DNA from: Felis catus
Lineage: Eukaryota
NCBI RefSeq assembly: GCF_018350175.1
Contig: NC_058368.1
Location: 222,954,001 to 223,018,000, forward strand
Length of the DNA stretch: 64,000 nt
Direction: 5' to 3'
In this document: positions 26,379-39,888 of the stretch, in pieces
How the letters are laid out: every line of letters begins with the position of its first letter
Numbering within the stretch: the first letter of the stretch is position 1
Notes under the pieces: model-generated
What the model saw: the letters and a program-made list of their open reading frames with translations, nothing else
What the model was told of the DNA's origin: nothing
Databases searched by the model: none
Program-made: the position numbers and the translations under genes

Positions 26379-26534
26379 CCCAAGCAGGATCCACACTGTC
26401 AGTGCAGAGCCTAACATCTGGCTTGATGGGAGGCTTGACAGGGGTGTCAATTGAACCCATGAACCATGAGATTGTGACCTGAGCCAAAATCAAGAGTCAG
26501 ACACATAACTGACTGAGCCATCAAGGTGCCCCCC
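26270..26534 (-). mobile_element. Can-SINE
   Basis: Long (GA)n, gaatcccaagcagg, gactgagccatcaaggtgcccc; TSD-like tagagtta..ttcatt. Confidence 0.95.
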
Positions 26535-26811
26535 TAGAGTTACTCTTCATTGAGAATTTTTGAGTATCTTTTGGGAAATTAAGCTGAGGGAGGAATATAA
26601 TAAATACATCAAGGATGGAGTAAATTATGAGTAGTTTTTATTGTAACTAACGTTATTGATGTACTTCAAATTAATATAATTTGAATCTGGAGGTGAACTT
26701 GTATTTTTAAGGTATAGTTCTTTGCTCTGAGGCAAGGAAGGTATATATTAGTAAGGACACAGAGGACCAAAATGCTTAAGTTGTGTAAAGTCACATACCT
26801 AGTGGAGAATT

Positions 26812-26890
26812 TCAAAACAAACCGAAACAAAGAAAAACAAAGCAAAACAAAACAAAACAAAACAAAACAAAACAAAACAAAACAAGAAAA
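26812..26890. repeat. (AAAAC)n
   Basis: Direct observation. Confidence 0.95.
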
Positions 26891-26949
26891 ACTATTGATC
26901 TGAGACAGTGTCTACTCCACTAGAACACAGAGTCAGTCCCCTTTTCTTC

Positions 26950-27157
26950 GTTTTCTTTGTTTTAAGTTTATTTATTTATTTTTGACGGAGGCAGAGCTTG
27001 CACAGAGTGGGGGATGGCCAGACAGAGAGGGAGAGAGAGAGTATCCCAAGTAGGTTCCCCATTGTCAACATAGAGCCCAACTCATTAGCCTTGAGATATG
27101 ACCGGAGGCCAAAATCATGAGTAGGATGCTTAAGGGACTGAGCCACCCAGACACCCC
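26950..27157 (-). mobile_element. Can-SINE
   Basis: gactgagccacccagacacccc end; TSD-like gtca(g/t)tccc..tttt. Confidence 0.92.
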
Positions 27158-27900
27158 TGTCATTCCCTTTTGCTAATTTAAGTTACATTGATTTTTCTGA
27201 TCTTGTGATTTCTAAAGAGAAATCATTTTACTGATTTCCTCCAATAATGGGAAAGGAAATTTTTAAAACATCATCTTTAGACCAACTAATTACTAAGACA
27301 AAGTCAAGATGTTTGCTCTATATTTAACCTCAATTCAGTCATAAAACATCACTCTGAGGTATGAGTTACTCAGAGAATTACAGGAAAGCCAGACCCATAC
27401 TTACATGCATTTTCATTATTTTCACAGAGGGTATTATCTCTGATATGCCAAAGCAGAATGGCAGTGGTAGGTGCCTTTAGTTTAGGTTAAAGAGATTTTT
27501 TCCCCAGCTCATGCTCTGTCTCTTCTCTGTCTCTCTCTCTCTTAACAATAAATAAACATTATTTAAAAAGAAAAGACTTTAAGAATAGTACTCCTGATGA
27601 TCTGGATGTAAATTAATAATCAAATCATGGCAATTACTTTCTTTGTTTTACCTGAGTCTCAGTGTCTAAACTGCCTTTATTAATGCTGTCACATATCATG
27701 GGGAAAACGTCATCCATATGATTTTTGACAACTCATGTTCTAGATGAGTCTTTCTTCAAATTAAAAACTATGTAAGAAAGACAATATTTGAGACCATTCC
27801 ATCATGACAGTGCCCTGGATTTGCATCATCATTTGTTCCCAAGGAATTAAGGAAAACTGCTTCCAAAAGCCACTCAAAGAAAGAGAATCCTTAGAATTTG

Positions 27901-27902
<2 letters not shown>

Positions 27903-27939
<37 letters not shown>
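27903..27939. repeat. (GT)n microsatellite
   Basis: Direct observation. Confidence 0.98.
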
Positions 27940-27942
<3 letters not shown>

Positions 27943-28069
27943 CTTTTATTATCTCCTCTTACAATCACTAGCATTGTAAATTTTGTGGAAGATTCATTAG
28001 ATTAAACCAATAGTAACTGAAAGAATCATATAGCTAAGCAGGAATGAATCCTACCCTTTATAGTTTACT

Positions 28070-28290
28070 TGCTCATTCATTCGGCAAATGGTTACTGAAC
28101 TGACACTCAATGCCAAACAGGCATCTTAGCATAAAAGTAACAGTATTGAACAAGCAATGTCTGGATTCAAAGAACAACTAGTCAAGTTAAAAAGACAACC
28201 GCATGCAAATGAACCTGGGTAGAATGCAGTAAGTGGTATATTAAAGGAAAGCAAAGGGCCTGGGGAAACACAGATAAGGAAATGGCCAGG
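28070..28290 (-). mobile_element. L2 3' end
   Basis: tcattcattcggcaaatggttactgaactgacactcaatgcca. Confidence 0.7.
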
Positions 28291-28714
28291 TATGGTGGAG
28301 GATGGCCCAAAGTCATCAAAGCTCCAGTCTTTTTGCTTCTGTTGTTACTGTGTTTCCTTTTTTCTTCTTTTTGTCTTAGTTTTTATTTCTCCACTATTTG
28401 GAAAATATCTTTTCCCATTGTGCCCTGGACTAGGATGAACATAGAAAATAAAAGACAAATGTGACTTTCAGTTTATTAAAATTTATTAAGATTAAATTTT
28501 TATTAAAATGACTCTTTTCATATAAAATAGCCCCTTATTGTACTACAACTGTTACGCTTAATATACAAAATAGTTGTTTGGAAACTAAACTTCGGACAAA
28601 AATTTTAAGAGTGTTTTTGTATCTATGAAAGTAAGGTTCTGTACCTCTGAACGCAAGGTTATTTTGAATTCTAAAAGGAAATCAATGATGATGACAATAA
28701 CAGTAATAGTAGTA

Positions 28715-28965
28715 ATAACAGCTTGTACAAATAATGTGTTATGCTAGGCACCATTCTTAGCATTCGGCATGTAGGAATTGTTTTAATTCCCACAACTAAT
28801 GAAGTTAATGAGGTAGATAGTATTATTAGCATGATTTTACAGATGAAGAAACTGAGGACGCACAGAGTTTAAATAACTTGCATAGGGTCACAGAACTTGA
28901 ATGAGAAAGAACTAGGATTTATTTCAGGCACTCTGGCTCCACAGCCTGTATTCTTCAACAACTAT
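28715..28965 (-). mobile_element. MIR (near full length)
   Basis: attttacagatgaagaaactgagg...gtttaaataacttgcatagggtcacag. Confidence 0.9.
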
Positions 28966-29087
28966 GTTATTGGCATTATACTACAGGAAGTTATACATTT
29001 TTATTTTATCATCATTACAAGTGAATGTTTCTTGTTTATTTGTTTGTTTGGTTTGGGTTTCACTCTTAAACCCTAAGATCAGAACAT

Positions 29088-29256
29088 TTTTTTTTTTAAT
29101 TTTATATATTTGGGTAGGGACAGTGGGAGAGAGAGAATCCCAAGCAGGGTCCATGGGGCTATCAGCACAGAGCCTGATGCAGGGCTCAATCCCATGAACC
29201 ACGAGATCAAGACGTGAGCTGAAATCAAGAATCTACTGAACCACCCAGTCACCAGG
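29088..29256 (-). mobile_element. Can-SINE
   Basis: gaatcccaagcaggg...ccacccagtcacc; TSD agaacatttt. Confidence 0.92.
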
Positions 29257-29529
29257 AGAACATTTTCGTTTGAAAAGAATTGATGGTCATTTTCACCAGT
29301 TTATTCTTGTCCTTCTCAGATGTAGAGAATTGTCTTTTCTTGTCTTGTATTTTTTTTCCCTCTAGTTTCTTTTTTCTTTTCATTTCTTTCCTTTCCTTTT
29401 CTGGATGTAAAGAATTTTCTCAGAATTTTACAAGGAGAGAACTCATATGCATTAATTTGCTCTTACAAATTGACAGACCTAATGGCAACATATGCTGCCA
29501 TGTTCAAGGATCCTTGTACAATTTGTGGC

Positions 29530-29680
29530 AGAGAATTAGGGGAAAAATAGACTTTGAAGCCAGGCAGACATGGATTCAGATTATGAGTCTGAAAATTACT
29601 CTGTGGCCTTAGGCTGCTTAACCTCAATGAGACTCAATTTCCTCAGCTCTGGGACTAGGCAGTAATAGGTCATCTGGCAG
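29530..29680 (+). mobile_element. MIR fragment
   Basis: gactttgaagccaggcagacatggattcag...ctcaatttcctcagctctg. Confidence 0.7.
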
Positions 29681-29759
29681 AGCAACTCAGAATGACAATA
29701 ATGGTACACCCAACAAAGTAGGACCTGGGTAACTGGTAGCACTATCCAAAGGAAGCTCT

Positions 29760-30290
29760 ATGACTGTTATTATTTTGGTGTTGTTAGTTTGAATCATATG
29801 AAGTTGCCATTCCCATAGATTAAAACTCATCAATTGTATGTTCCTGTCTAGTAAAACACCCTGAGTAGCTTGAAGCAAGGATGATTTGTGGTATTTTATG
29901 ATTCTGTAGATTGTCTGAGCAATGCTACTTCTGTTATTAGTTGGAGTTGCCCATATGATTGTATTCAGTTGGGCAATCCCCTGGGAGACATTGTTTCTCC
30001 TTCTTGAGATCTCTCATTCTATGTAGTATTTCACCCCCCAAGGCCTCTCAACCTGCATGGACCACCTCCCGCAAGATATTCTGAGAGTTCTCATTATTTT
30101 GGCAGCTGGATACCAAGAGGAATTCTTTTAAAGAGACGGGCCCCAGTATGAAAATGCCTATCAAGTATCTCTTGTGCATTTGCTTGCTGATATCCATTGA
30201 CTAAAGCAAATCATGTAGCTTAGCCCATAGAAAATGTGGAAAGGCGTAACCCAAAGTGTTTAATTGGGGTTCCATCAATGGAACAGCCTG
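29760..30290 (-). mobile_element. Old MLT1-type LTR
   Basis: tatgattctgtagattgtctgagc...gcttgctgatatccattgactaaagcaaatcatgtagct. Confidence 0.65.
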
Positions 30291-31021
30291 GTAGACTTCT
30301 GGATACTGATTTTATATGGTTTGAGCCATGGAGGCTGGAGAAATTCTCTGGAACTCCTACATTTACCTTAGGTTTACACCATTGTGGAATTTAAAATACA
30401 CCAGGAGAAATCCCCATCTTCATCTCTGATAACTGGCTTCGCGATCAGTGATACATGAATGGAGAAGTAGAGGTTCAGCGTAAGTGAAGGAGGCCAAGAA
30501 ATGTCTATGGATTAGCTCACACGCTTCATATAAAAGCATTAGTGAATACTCACTTGACTCATAGGCTTGTCAGTGTTCTGCTCTATCTTCATGGTTAACT
30601 TTTCCATGTCGATGCACATCAGTAACTGACTTCTGGTGACTTTTCCCTCCAGTCACTAGCACCTGCATCTGTTTTTCAGATAGTTACCCTCAAGTTGCCC
30701 CAACTTTCTTGGTCTTCAGTCTAGGAGAACAGGACCACCCTCTCTCTGTGCACCCTTGCTTTTAACCAGTGAATGAGGTGCACAGGGGAATAAATATATT
30801 CTCTGATTGAAGAATGTTGAGATATGACATTTTCTCCAACTCTCCTCTATCAAATTGAGTCAAACTTACCCTTGGTGACCCTGCAGACTTCCTTGGTTCC
30901 TTCACTTCCTAATTCTACTCTTCATCTCCCTGACCAATTTTAAGCCCCTTGAAATTCTTCCTCATGAATAAACTTGTACATGAATCCTTATTTCAAGGTC
31001 TGGAGAATAAAATCTAAGACA
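30290..31021 (+). mobile_element. Old ERVL-class LTR
   Basis: Raised GC; ends aataaacttgtacatgaatccttatttcaaggtctgg...aatctaagaca, typical of LTR16/33/41-type 3' ends. Confidence 0.5.
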
Positions 31022-31609
31022 ACTCGTGATGGTAGCACATAATTTAGTTTCTGATTTTCAGTGTGTAAGCTCTGAATACTCCATTTTTAATAAGCAAAAA
31101 AAGAGAGCAAGTAATTTGCCATTTGTTTAATAATTCCAGACTTTTTAAAAAGTTTTGCCGGTTGTTTTCCTTTCATTTTAGGAATACTTCCTCATTTTTG
31201 GTATACTGTATTTTGATGTCACAACTTTTAAGAGTGTATTTAATCCTTCAGCCTCAGTTTTAACAGCTATGTTAAAATGAAGGAATCGCTTTTTTCTTGC
31301 TAAATTATTTTTAGAACTACCAAAAATTCCTGGAAGAGTCTTCAAATTCAACATGTGTGCAGAAAATGTAAGCTTTTGCATTGATATACTTGTTTAAAAT
31401 CCTTTTTATTTAAAATATATGTGAGTACCTATTTGCACTGACCTATAACTCACCCTGCCATACACTTTTTTTTTTTTTTAACATAGCTATTAGTTTCTCT
31501 GAGTTTAAATCATCACTCTTGCCTTTGGAGCAGAAATCCACTAGTCTCACTTGTCCTTTCTCTTTTGAGTGACTGTCAACTCCTTCTTGAACGATATAAT
31601 TAATTCAGC

Positions 31610-31840
31610 TCTGTCTATAAGCAGAGTCATTCAGTTGTAAGAACTCTTGATTTACTGTCAGAAGATCCAGGTTGAAAATTTAGTCCTGCCGCTTACTTTT
31701 TCTCTGCAATGCCTCCGTTTTCTCATCTGTGAAGAATGAAAATATTTACTCTCTCCTCCCTCTTGTTATTTTGTGTGACTCAAGTCTGTGTGGAAATGCT
31801 TTGGGAAATTACAATGCAGGGGAAGGTATTAACTATTATT
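31610..31840 (+). mobile_element. MIR
   Basis: gtcagaagatccaggttg...gcctccgttttctcatctgtgaa. Confidence 0.75.
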
Positions 31841-32090
31841 GTCTCTACAGCCCCGCTATTCTTACACATTTTCCACTCACTATTTTGCCACCTTGTGTGT
31901 GAGAAAAGAGACACATTTTTTTTTTTTAGAATAAGAGAGAGAGAGAGACTCTATTTGCACAAATTATTGAAGAAAAGTTTGTTCTAACATCTGCTATAGG
32001 TATTTCAAGATTTCTTCATTAGAATGTAAAAGAAGTTACTTCATTTATCTTCAATGAGCTATCGGAGGAAAGGAAAACAGGAAAGACTAT

Positions 32091-32390
32091 TGTATGAGGG
32101 TATTCCAAAGAAACAGAAACAATGGGGGATGTATATATGCCTTTAGAGATAATCTCTAAAGAGATTTATTATAGAGGGTTGGCTCATGTAATAATGGAAG
32201 CTAAGAAGTCTCAAGGTTTGCAGTAGGGAAGCTGGAGGGAGACCCAAGAGAGGAGGATGGTATAGTTCAGTCTAAGTTCAAAGGTAGAGAGCCAGAAAAG
32301 CTGATGACATAATTTCTAGTCTGAAAGTCCACAGGCTTGTGACCCAAGAAGTTCCCGTTTTTCAGGTTAACTCTGAAGGCAGGAAAAAAA
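32091..32390 (-). mobile_element. MLT2 (ERVL) LTR, left part, split by L1
   Basis: agggtattccaaagaaacagaaac...gagatttattatagagggttggctcatg...ggaagctaagaagtc. Confidence 0.85.
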
Positions 32391-34043
32391 TCATTCCACA
32401 CTTCCGGTTTCTACATGTAAGGAACTTGGAAGTAACCACGCCATGCTAACAACAGGTAAAAAAAACAAAAAAAAAAAAAAAAATGGACAGAAAATCAACT
32501 CTTCTTGGATTGGTAAGAAAGGGGAGTACACAAGGTAAGTCACTGCTACCAAAATAGGAGAGACGGGCAAGTGAATACAGGGAGTCCCAGTTTCCTTCAT
32601 CAGAGACTCACACATGGAAAATGCCATGGGAACCAGTGCCAGAGTAGTAAAGACTTGACACATTGCTGGAGGCTCAATGAAAACAAGTTTTGAGAGTTAA
32701 AAACTCCAGAGGAACTCACTCCTGAAGAAGCCCACACAATATTGTGAAAGTTACACGTTCACAGTACTGGAGAAAAATTCTCTCATGCTTCCAGTAGGGG
32801 GAGTGGAAAAGAAACAGTTTTGAAATATACCAGAGCACTCTGCATTTCTTTCTATCAGGCTTGCCCTCAGGGAAAACTAATTAACAAGGGCCTAATTTGC
32901 TGCGGTATTTTCAGAGCCTAACTGACCTGGGGAAGAAAATACCCAGTTCCTGCTGGCTCTACTCATCCCTTCCCACATAAGAGGAGAGGGAAAAAAGACG
33001 AAAACATACGTATGACGTTTGCAGGGCAGAGGCCAATTTTAACTAACAAATTAAGACTTAATCATAGGACTATAGAAAACTTTCCTCCTACTTCAGCACC
33101 CCATTACTAAAGGCATATTTGCAATCACAACATTTTTCCAGGTACATCATTCCCTGCCATCAAGAAAAAAATGACAGGACATACAGAACAGCAAAAACTA
33201 AAACTAAAACTAAATTGAAGACTCAGAATAAGAGTAAGAACCGTAAGTTAGGGATGTTGGAATTATCAGGCCAAAAATTGAAAACAATCATGATTAACAT
33301 CCTAAGGGCGCTAATGAATAAAATAGACAATATGCAGCAACAAATGGATGGAGGCTGCCGGAGACATGGAAATCCGAAGAAATCACCAAAGAGATGTTAA
33401 TGAAGAATGTGTTTGATAGGCTTATTTGCAGACTATAGATGGCTGAGGAAAGAATCTCTGAAGTGCAGAACATAATAGGATCTTCAAAAGCCAAAGAGCC
33501 AAGAGAACAAAGACTGAAGGGAAACAAACAAACACACAAAAAACAAAACAAACAAACAAAACAAAACAAGAGAACCGAATACCCAAGGAGTGTGAGACGA
33601 CTATAAAAGGTATACCATACAAACAGTGGGAATGACCAGAAGGAAAAGCAAGAGTGAAGGAACAGAGGAATATTTGAAATAATAATGACTGCAAACTTCT
33701 CCATTAATGTCAGACACCAAACTGTAGATTAAAGAAACTCAGAGAATATCAACCAAGATAAATCCCAAAAAGTTAAACCAAGACACATTATTTTCAAATT
33801 ATAGAAAATCAAAGATAAAAAATTCTGAAAAAAACCTAGGGAAAAATACACGTTACCCAGAGAGGAACAAAGATCAGAATTAGATCTGATTTCTCAGAAA
33901 TAATGCAAGTAAAAAGTCAATGGAGTGGAGTATATAAAGTGCTGATAGAAAACAAAACAAAACAAAAACAAAACAAAACAAAACAAATTCTAACCAACTA
34001 GAATTCTGTATGCTATAAAGCTTTCCTTCAAAAGTGAAGGAGG

Positions 34044-34271
34044 GGGGCGCCTGGGTGGCTCAGTCGGTTAAGCGGTCGACTTCGGCTCAGGTCATGATCT
34101 CGTGGTTTGTGAGTTCGAGCCCCACGTCGGGCTCTGTGCTGACAGCTCAGAGCCTGGAGCCTGTTTCGGATTCTGTGTCTCCCTCTCTCTCTGACCCTCC
34201 CCCGTTCATGCTCTGTCTGTCTCTGTCTCAAAAATAAATAAACATTTAAAAAAAAATTAAAAACAATAAAA
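34044..34271 (+). mobile_element. Young Can-SINE inserted in L1 ORF1
   Basis: CpG-rich head; perfect TSD AAAAGTGAAGGAGG (34030-34043 / 34272-34285). Confidence 0.97.
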
Positions 34272-36077
34272 AAAAGTGAAGGAGGAAAAAAAAACACTTA
34301 TTGGACAAACCAGATCAAAAATATTTATTACCAAATTTTATAACCTAGATGAAATCAAACAATTATTTGAAAGGTACAATCTGTCAAAATTCACACAAGA
34401 AGAAATAGGCAATCTGAATAGGCCTTTATCTATTTAAGAAATGGAATCAATAATTAACCTTTCAAAACAGAAAGCACCAGTTCCAGAGGGCTCATTGATA
34501 AATTCTACCAAATATTTAACGAATAAATTATACCAATTCTCTACAATCTCTTTTGGAAGTTAGAAACAGAGGGAACTTTTTAACTCATTTTAAGAGGCCA
34601 GCATCATACAAAGACACTACAAGAAAACTACAGATCAATATCTCTCATTAACATACACATAAAACTTGTAAACAAAATATTAACAATTCATATTTAGTAA
34701 TGTATAAAAAGAATTATATATCATGACCATGTGGGATTTATCCCAGGCTGATTCAACATTTGAAAATCAATTAATATTATCCATTACATCAACAGGCTAA
34801 AAAAATAAAAACACATGGTCATATAACAGATGCCAAAAAAAAAGTGTTTGAGACAATTCAACACCCATTCATGATGGAAACTCTCCATAAACTAGAAATC
34901 AAAGGCAACTACCTCAACTTGATAAGGAATATCTACAGAAACCCTGCAGGTAATACTGCACTTGATGAGAAACAGGTATTTCTCCTCTCATCACTCCTTT
35001 TTAACATTGTTCTGTAAGCTTGAGATAATGCAATGAGACAAGAAAGAGAAATAAAAGGCATGTAGATTGGGGAAGAAGAACCAAATCTGTCTTTGTTCAC
35101 AGATGACATCATCCATGTAGAAAATGGAAAATAATTGGCAAAAAAAGTCCTAGAATTAGCATGTAACTATAGCAAGATAACAGGATCCAAGGTTTATATT
35201 TAAAGTCAATTGCTTTCCTATATAAACCAACAATGACCAAGTAGATTGGAAATAAAACAACAACCACAACAAACAAAACCTTATGTCAGCATCCCCCAAA
35301 AGTGAAATGCTTAAGTATAAATCTAAAAAAAATGTGCAAGATCTGTATGATGAAAACTTCAAACTGATGAACAAAATGAAGAAGAAATAAATAAAGAGGT
35401 ATTCCATGTTCATAGATAGGAAAACTCCATATTGTGGAAATGACAGTTCTTCTCAACTTAATTGAAAAATTAAATGCAATCCGACCTCCTATCCCAGCAA
35501 GCTACTTTGTGGATATCAACAAACTGATTCTAAAGTTTATTTGAAAAGCCAAAAGACCCACAATTGCTAATTAACACTGAAATAGAACTATTAAGTCTTT
35601 CCCAGATATGGAGGAATCTTAAATGCATATTACTAAGTGAAAGAAGTCAGCCCAAAATGTGACATTCTGCATGGTTCCCACTATCTGATGTTCTGAATAA
35701 GGCAAAGCTATGGAGGCCGTAAATAGTTCAGTGCTTGCCAGGGGATGCAAGCAGGAAAGTGGGGATAATGAGGTGGAACATATAAGATCTTGAGGACAGT
35801 GAGAACACTCTGTATGAAACCATAATGATGATTACATATCATTATACGTTTGTCCAAACCCATTGAAAGTACAACACCAAGAGTAAATTTAATGTAAACT
35901 ATAACCTTTGGGTGATCATGATGTGTCTATGTAGGTTCATCAGTTGAGACAAATGTACCAGTTGGAGATACTGAAATGTGGGAATCTGTGTGGGCACAGA
36001 GTTATATAGGAATTTGCACCACATTCTTCTGAATTTTTCTCTGAAACTACAACTGCTGTTAAAAAAAAAAAGTCTTA

Positions 36078-36258
36078 GGAGTGTCTGGGTAGCTCAGTCA
36101 GTTGAGTGTCTGACTCTTGATTTTGGCTCAGGTCATTATCTTGTGGTTTGTGAGATTGAGCCCTGTGTGGGGCTCTACATTGACAGTGTAGAACCTGCTT
36201 GGGATTCTCTCTCTCTCTCTCTCCCTCTCAATAAATGAACTTTAAAAATGAATTTAAT
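36078..36258 (+). mobile_element. Can-SINE inserted at the L1 3' end
   Basis: ctgggtagctcagtcagttgag head; TSD-like aaaaagt(c/a)tta. Confidence 0.93.
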
Positions 36259-36294
36259 AAAAAGTATTAAAAAAGAAAAAGAAAAAAAAAAAAA

Positions 36295-36547
36295 GCAATG
36301 TCACAGCTTAGCAGTCAGGCAGAAGGAGTTCCCCTCTGTTTGGAGGAAGAGTCAGCCATTTTTTTTCTATTCAAGTTTCAATTGACTGGATGAAAGCCAC
36401 CCATTTGGGAAAGCCAATCTGCTCTACTACCTGTTCACATGTTAACCTCGTCCAAAAACACACTCACAGACATACCTAGAGAAATGTTTGATGAAATATC
36501 TGGGTCCTCATAGCCCAATCAAGCTGAAATATAAAATTAATCATCAG
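36295..36547 (-). mobile_element. MLT2 LTR, right part
   Basis: gactggatgaaagccaccca...gccaatctgctctac...aaacacactcacagacatacctag...aaaattaatcatca. Confidence 0.88.
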
Positions 36548-37474
36548 AATTGATGAGAAGAAAAAGAAAAAAAAAACTAGCTATAGAAATTGACAGTTGT
36601 CTACATGGAATGTTAGGTGCTTATAGTTTCAAGTGAACAGTTTGTTCTGATTTGAATTTGTATAGGAAGAAATTGGATAATGGCTTCAAGATACAAAGTT
36701 TCCTGCTTCTCCTGTCTTTCCCAGCCTTCCTGTTCCTGGGATACTGTGATCACAGTGCCTTGGTCATAACAGATGTGCTATATTAAGTTTTTCTTTGACC
36801 TAGTAATATAGCCACTGGATTTCCATCATTGCTGCCCTCTGTAGGAAAACTGTGTTGATATGAACAGAATCCTGAAACTGATACAAATGTAGTTTTAAAA
36901 CTTTTAAGCTCTCAGCTGACAAGTTAATTTGTTTCCAAAAAAATAAAATAGGGTAAATTTTAGCTAGCAGATTTAAGGTTTATGTAAACTAAAGAACTTT
37001 TCAAACCATTTTAATCTCTAAATTAAAATAACCACATGGAGCAAGACAGGCCACATCTATCTTCTGAATTTAGATAAAGCATAAACTGTATTTGAATATC
37101 TTCCAGCACCTTTAACTCAGTGTTTGACACTAGTCCCATTATGTTAAAGGTGAGGAATTTGTGCAGAATTTACTGAAAACTCAAAGGTGCAAATTCACAG
37201 TTATATGGTAACCCTATGGGAGAATAAAAAAGTCACATTAAGAAAATTACGTAATCTGTGAGAATGCTACAGAAACTAAACATATATTATTTCCATTTTC
37301 CTTAAAATATGCACTTCTTAGACTGAAGGCTTATTAAGGTACAATAATTAGCTCAATCAATGAAAAACAGAAAGCAATGGTTGATTCACATCTTATGCTG
37401 CTAAATGAATTATTGGTTATTAAATACAAGAAAAATGCAGCCAGGTATCCAAAACATAATTTTGAAAATAGCAT

Positions 37475-37665
37475 TTTTTGAAGTTTATTTTTGAGATAGA
37501 GAGAGAGAGAACTGAGGAGGGGCAGAGAGAGGGAGAGAGAGAGAAAATCTCAAGCAGGCCTCTCTATGTCAGCAATGTGGGGCTTGAACCCACAAGCCAT
37601 GAGATCATGGCCTGAAAAGAAATCAAGAGTCAGTTGCTTTAACTGACTACCCATCCAGGTGTCCC
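37475..37665 (-). mobile_element. Can-SINE
   Basis: TSD tgaaaatag(c/t)att; ...ccatccaggtgtccc. Confidence 0.94.
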
Positions 37666-39888
37666 TGAAAATAGTATTCTTAATGTTAGCAGATCAATCC
37701 CCCAAACTCAGTGAAAGTCGTTATAGCCTAGCATAGCCAAGTGAAGTTGGGACATAGGATTACCTTTATAGAGTCATTCAGGAATGTATGTTATGTTCCA
37801 CCTATACTGTGACTCTTCTGTGTTCATCAGGAGACTTCCAAGTCAGTCCTGCATCTTCTAGGTGGCCAACCAGGGAGAAGTGGGAGAGGGAGAGAGAGAG
37901 AGAGAGAGGGATGAAGACACATCCTCTCTTAAACTGCCCCCTAATGGAAGTGATGATTTCTACTCACCTTCCAATAGTGAGAAATTGTCACAGAGCCCTG
38001 TAAGGATGCCAGTAGAGTTGAGGAATAGATTATAACTGTAAGCCCAGGAAAGGACTTGGGGAGCCAGTAGCCCATCTTGGCAACATTAATAAGAGAGTTT
38101 GAAAGAAATGCACATTCAAGCTTAACAACAGAATCAATGGACCCTTTGATGATGATCTTAACTAGAAGGAAAAGTAATAATATCAGCCAAAATAAAAACT
38201 GTAATTGACACTTAACTGTATCAGGAACAGCAGGAGACAGCAAGATGGTTGGGTTCATAGGATCTTAACTTCTAGTGCAGACTGATGCATTTGTGATGAT
38301 AGGACTTGAACTTGAGTACATGACTTATGTTGTCTTCTTGTTTCCTCCTTCTTTACCTCTTCTTCCTTTTCCTCCTTCTTATTCACAATAGGACTGAAAT
38401 GTATCCATAGGCAAATAATCTATTCTTGTATATCTTGAACAGACTGTCTATACTATCTTGGTCACAAATTCATCTTAGTTTGTTAGATATGCAAGAGGAT
38501 TTTTCACTGATTTTCCAATGTTTCATAGTCTATAAAAATAGAAAGCACCTAATTTTAATTTTAAATGCGATGCTTGCTCATTGCAAAAACTAGTCAACAA
38601 AACATAGCAAAATATTACAAAATCATGATAGAAGTATAAAAAATTTCCAATCGCATCATTCAGAGATTATTACTGTTTACTATCTTGGCCAAACACTCAT
38701 CTATATTTTCATCCATATATTTGTTGTTTTGTTAAAATGAGATAATTTTTTATAGAGTGTTTTGTATAGATTTTGTTCTTCCTTAGAAATATAGAATTGA
38801 CATATTTCTAGGTTAATGAATGTTAATCTATATTTTTGAACCGGTTGTGTAGTGTTTCTTTCCTCTGAAGTCTTTAAATAAGCATGTTTGATCGTGTTAA
38901 CATTCATTCTGCCCAAAAGGAGTTTGGCAGTATAGTAGTTGCTCAATAATACATATTACACTAAATTAAAGGCTATTGGTTTTACAAATATCTAACCAGG
39001 GATGAGAATAGAAGGACTTGTGTACCGCTTTTTACTCTAAATCCACCTGCAGATCCATACTTCAATGAGCTATTGCATTGCACTCAATTTAAAATTAAAA
39101 TTAAAATGCTATTTTAATTAAGTTAAAATTTTAATTTTAACTTAAAATTAAAATACTGTTTTAATAGAAGACAGCACTGATAGTGTTATATTTTGTTAAT
39201 CTATTAGAATTTCACTCATAAAAAGAAAACAGCAAGTAGAATAGCAAAATCAAGTAGGAAAACTCCTACGGCAAAACTAGATGACATGTTTTCATTCTCA
39301 TGAGCCTCCAAATACAAATGGTTTGGAATAAACACCAATAACTACAAGACCCAATTGTTATAAATCATTTGGAAGATCATGCAGTAGCTCTGAGAGGCAG
39401 AGCAATGAAGATCATCATCATGGGTCCATCCAATGGCTCCCTCACTGGAAGACTCGGGGCAGTCTAACAGAGCATCTGAGACTGGTGGTTGTGGACGTTG
39501 CTGGCATTTGAGGCTTCCAATCCCAATGAGTGCAGTGAGATGAAGGAAGGTCGCTAGTGCTCAGGAGTACTGGTGTCTGGGAGCATGAACCCTGGAGACC
39601 AACAAACCACAGTGCTGTCCCGAGTCAAAGCCGAGGAGTGGAATATTCCCAAAGAGCTGGGTAGGATAGAATTAGAATAGCTCAGATGAAAATATGGAGA
39701 CCTCCAGAAGTTGAATCCTTGTGTTTTAACCTGCGTGAAGGGAGAAGAAAGGGAACCTTAGGGTAGTGAAACTAGAGAAGTGATATTGGTCCATTCCTTT
39801 CAACTTGAAGTGCATAAACATGCATTTCACTTCGAACTGAACCACATTAAAAGATTGTAGCTTTGTCTGTTTAAAGTTACAGGGAAAA

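Larger units (their letters stand above)
32391..36294 (+). mobile_element. L1MC-like LINE-1 with 5' UTR, ORF1, partial ORF2 (RT) and 3' UTR; internally deleted and inactive
   Basis: 5' cttccggtttctacatgtaaggaacttggaag; ORF1 remnants 33240-34310; ORF2 text aacctagatgaaat...ttcacagatgacat (FADD-like); L1MC1-like 3' UTR atcttaaatgcatattactaagtgaaagaag...aatgtaaactata; A tail. Confidence 0.88.
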
